Source: Raja brachyura (Eukaryota). From it: 64,000 nucleotides of DNA. The notes beneath the pieces were generated by a model that saw only the letters and a program-made list of their open reading frames with translations, had not been told where the DNA came from and did not search any database. A program made the position numbers and the translations under genes. Shown piece by piece: positions 62,860 to 64,000 of this stretch. Every line of letters starts with the position of its first letter. Position 1 is the first letter of the stretch. The DNA lies in NCBI GenBank assembly GCA_963514005.1, contig OY740787.1, positions 72,106,001 through 72,170,000 of the forward strand. Reading direction: 5' to 3'.

Positions 62860-63173
62860 GTTACTCCGCTGCCATCAGGTAGAAGATACAGGAGCCTGAA
62901 ATCTGGCACATCCAGGTTCAGGAACAGCTGCTTCCTCACAGCCATCACATTAAACACAACTTCAAACAAACTCTGAACTTTAACAGCCAATTCTACTTTA
63001 TCTGTTTATTTGTGTATGTGTAATTCTCGCACACACTCACTCACTCTTATTCTATGGTACATGGACACACTGATCTGTTCTGTATTTATGCCTACTATAT
63101 TCTGTTGTGCTGCAGCAAGCAAGAATTTCATTGTCCTATCTGGGACACATGGCAATAAACTCTCTTGACTTGA
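62860..63173 (+). mobile_element. Rex1/Babar 3' tail fragment (different subfamily)
   Basis: PLPSGRRYRSLK...RFRNSCF; tail GCAATAAACTCTCTTGACTTGA. Confidence 0.8.
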
Positions 63174-64000
63174 AACCTGGGGAAACCTATAAACCTTGAC
63201 CTCAACTGATCTGCTAAGAGTTTTGTCATCCCCTCTTAATTTCTTAAGTGGGACAGTCACCCGAATGTTAGTACAAGTGTATTTCCACATCTTAAATCCT
63301 GCACAATCAAAGAATTTAGACCTTATATCTAAGCTAACTGGCATGACTCGCATCTTACTTTCAGTGTCTTGCAGCGGACAATCTAATTAACCACTTGTAT
63401 TCTCATGTGAATTCTTTCATTACCATATATTCACAATCTTCTTAAACTTGTGAAAGCCCTCACTCTTTAAAAAAAATTGTGTTCCTTGAATGATGAAGAC
63501 TTGTACATTTCTCCCTCCCTTCCTTCAGCTAACCAGAAGTATCTAGGTACTGAGCTGTAAGGTTTTCTATCTAAACTTCTCAGCATATGTTTATTCGGAT
63601 CTCTGTTTGAAATTACCATCTTGGGCCGAGTTTTGGTTCACTCTTGATTCTACCACTCGAAGCTATCTTAGATGCATTTCTACATTACTAGATGTTCAGT
63701 GAATACAGTTAGTTGATGGTGTCCTTTTGAATGAGAAGAATTTGTGTTGCCATCTGCTCAAAGATGTAAGGGTGAAGGTGGGAATGCCATTATATATGGA
63801 AAAATCAATAAGTGGGATTGAAAATGGGGCCAAACTGCTCCTTTGTATGATGACTAAATTGATCTTTGGCTGCTTTGTGGGAAGGCAAATAGGTGGATGA
63901 ATGTACCATATGACATTAAATGTGTTTTAATAGAGATTTTAAAATTATAATCTTTATTGAATGTGTAGTCTTGTGGTTTGTCTGGGCTTCCAGATGCTGT

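Noticed and set aside
42403-64000. Search for downstream UBE2E3 exons (SAGPKGDNIYEW... and the catalytic Cys region)
   Set aside because: Not seen in the ORF track or by eye; they are presumably beyond the window in a long intron, so the gene is not called truncated or a pseudogene.

Overview
This is vertebrate genomic DNA. The repeat set (HE1-type V-SINEs, HER1/CR1 LINEs) points to a cartilaginous fish, probably a skate or ray; that assignment is inference. The only host gene is the 5' part of UBE2E3 (ubiquitin-conjugating enzyme E2 E3) on the + strand. It has a CpG-island promoter at about 40.4-40.8 kb, a non-coding 5' exon ending at 40969, coding exons at 41708-41892 and 42352-42402, and then a long intron that runs past the window end. 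The rest is intergenic or intronic DNA densely filled with transposons: CR1, Rex1/Babar, L2 and RTEX-like LINE fragments, V-SINEs, Penelope-like elements (PLEs), a 1586-bp Tc1 element, a MITE and a non-autonomous Helitron family. Almost all listed ORFs are TE fragments or artefacts. Four signals stand out. (1) Many 67-214 bp PLE-derived inserts are flanked by target-site duplications (TSDs), and most carry a minimal hammerhead-ribozyme core with 5' ends clustered at the ribozyme. (2) A mosaic Helitron family shows a head-to-tail junction and serial 3' ends. (3) The Tc1 element resembles a salmonid family and may reflect horizontal transfer. (4) A 1.4-kb GC-rich VNTR is attached to a LINE-type tail. 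No database searches were run, family names come from recognised motifs, and TE boundaries without TSDs are approximate.
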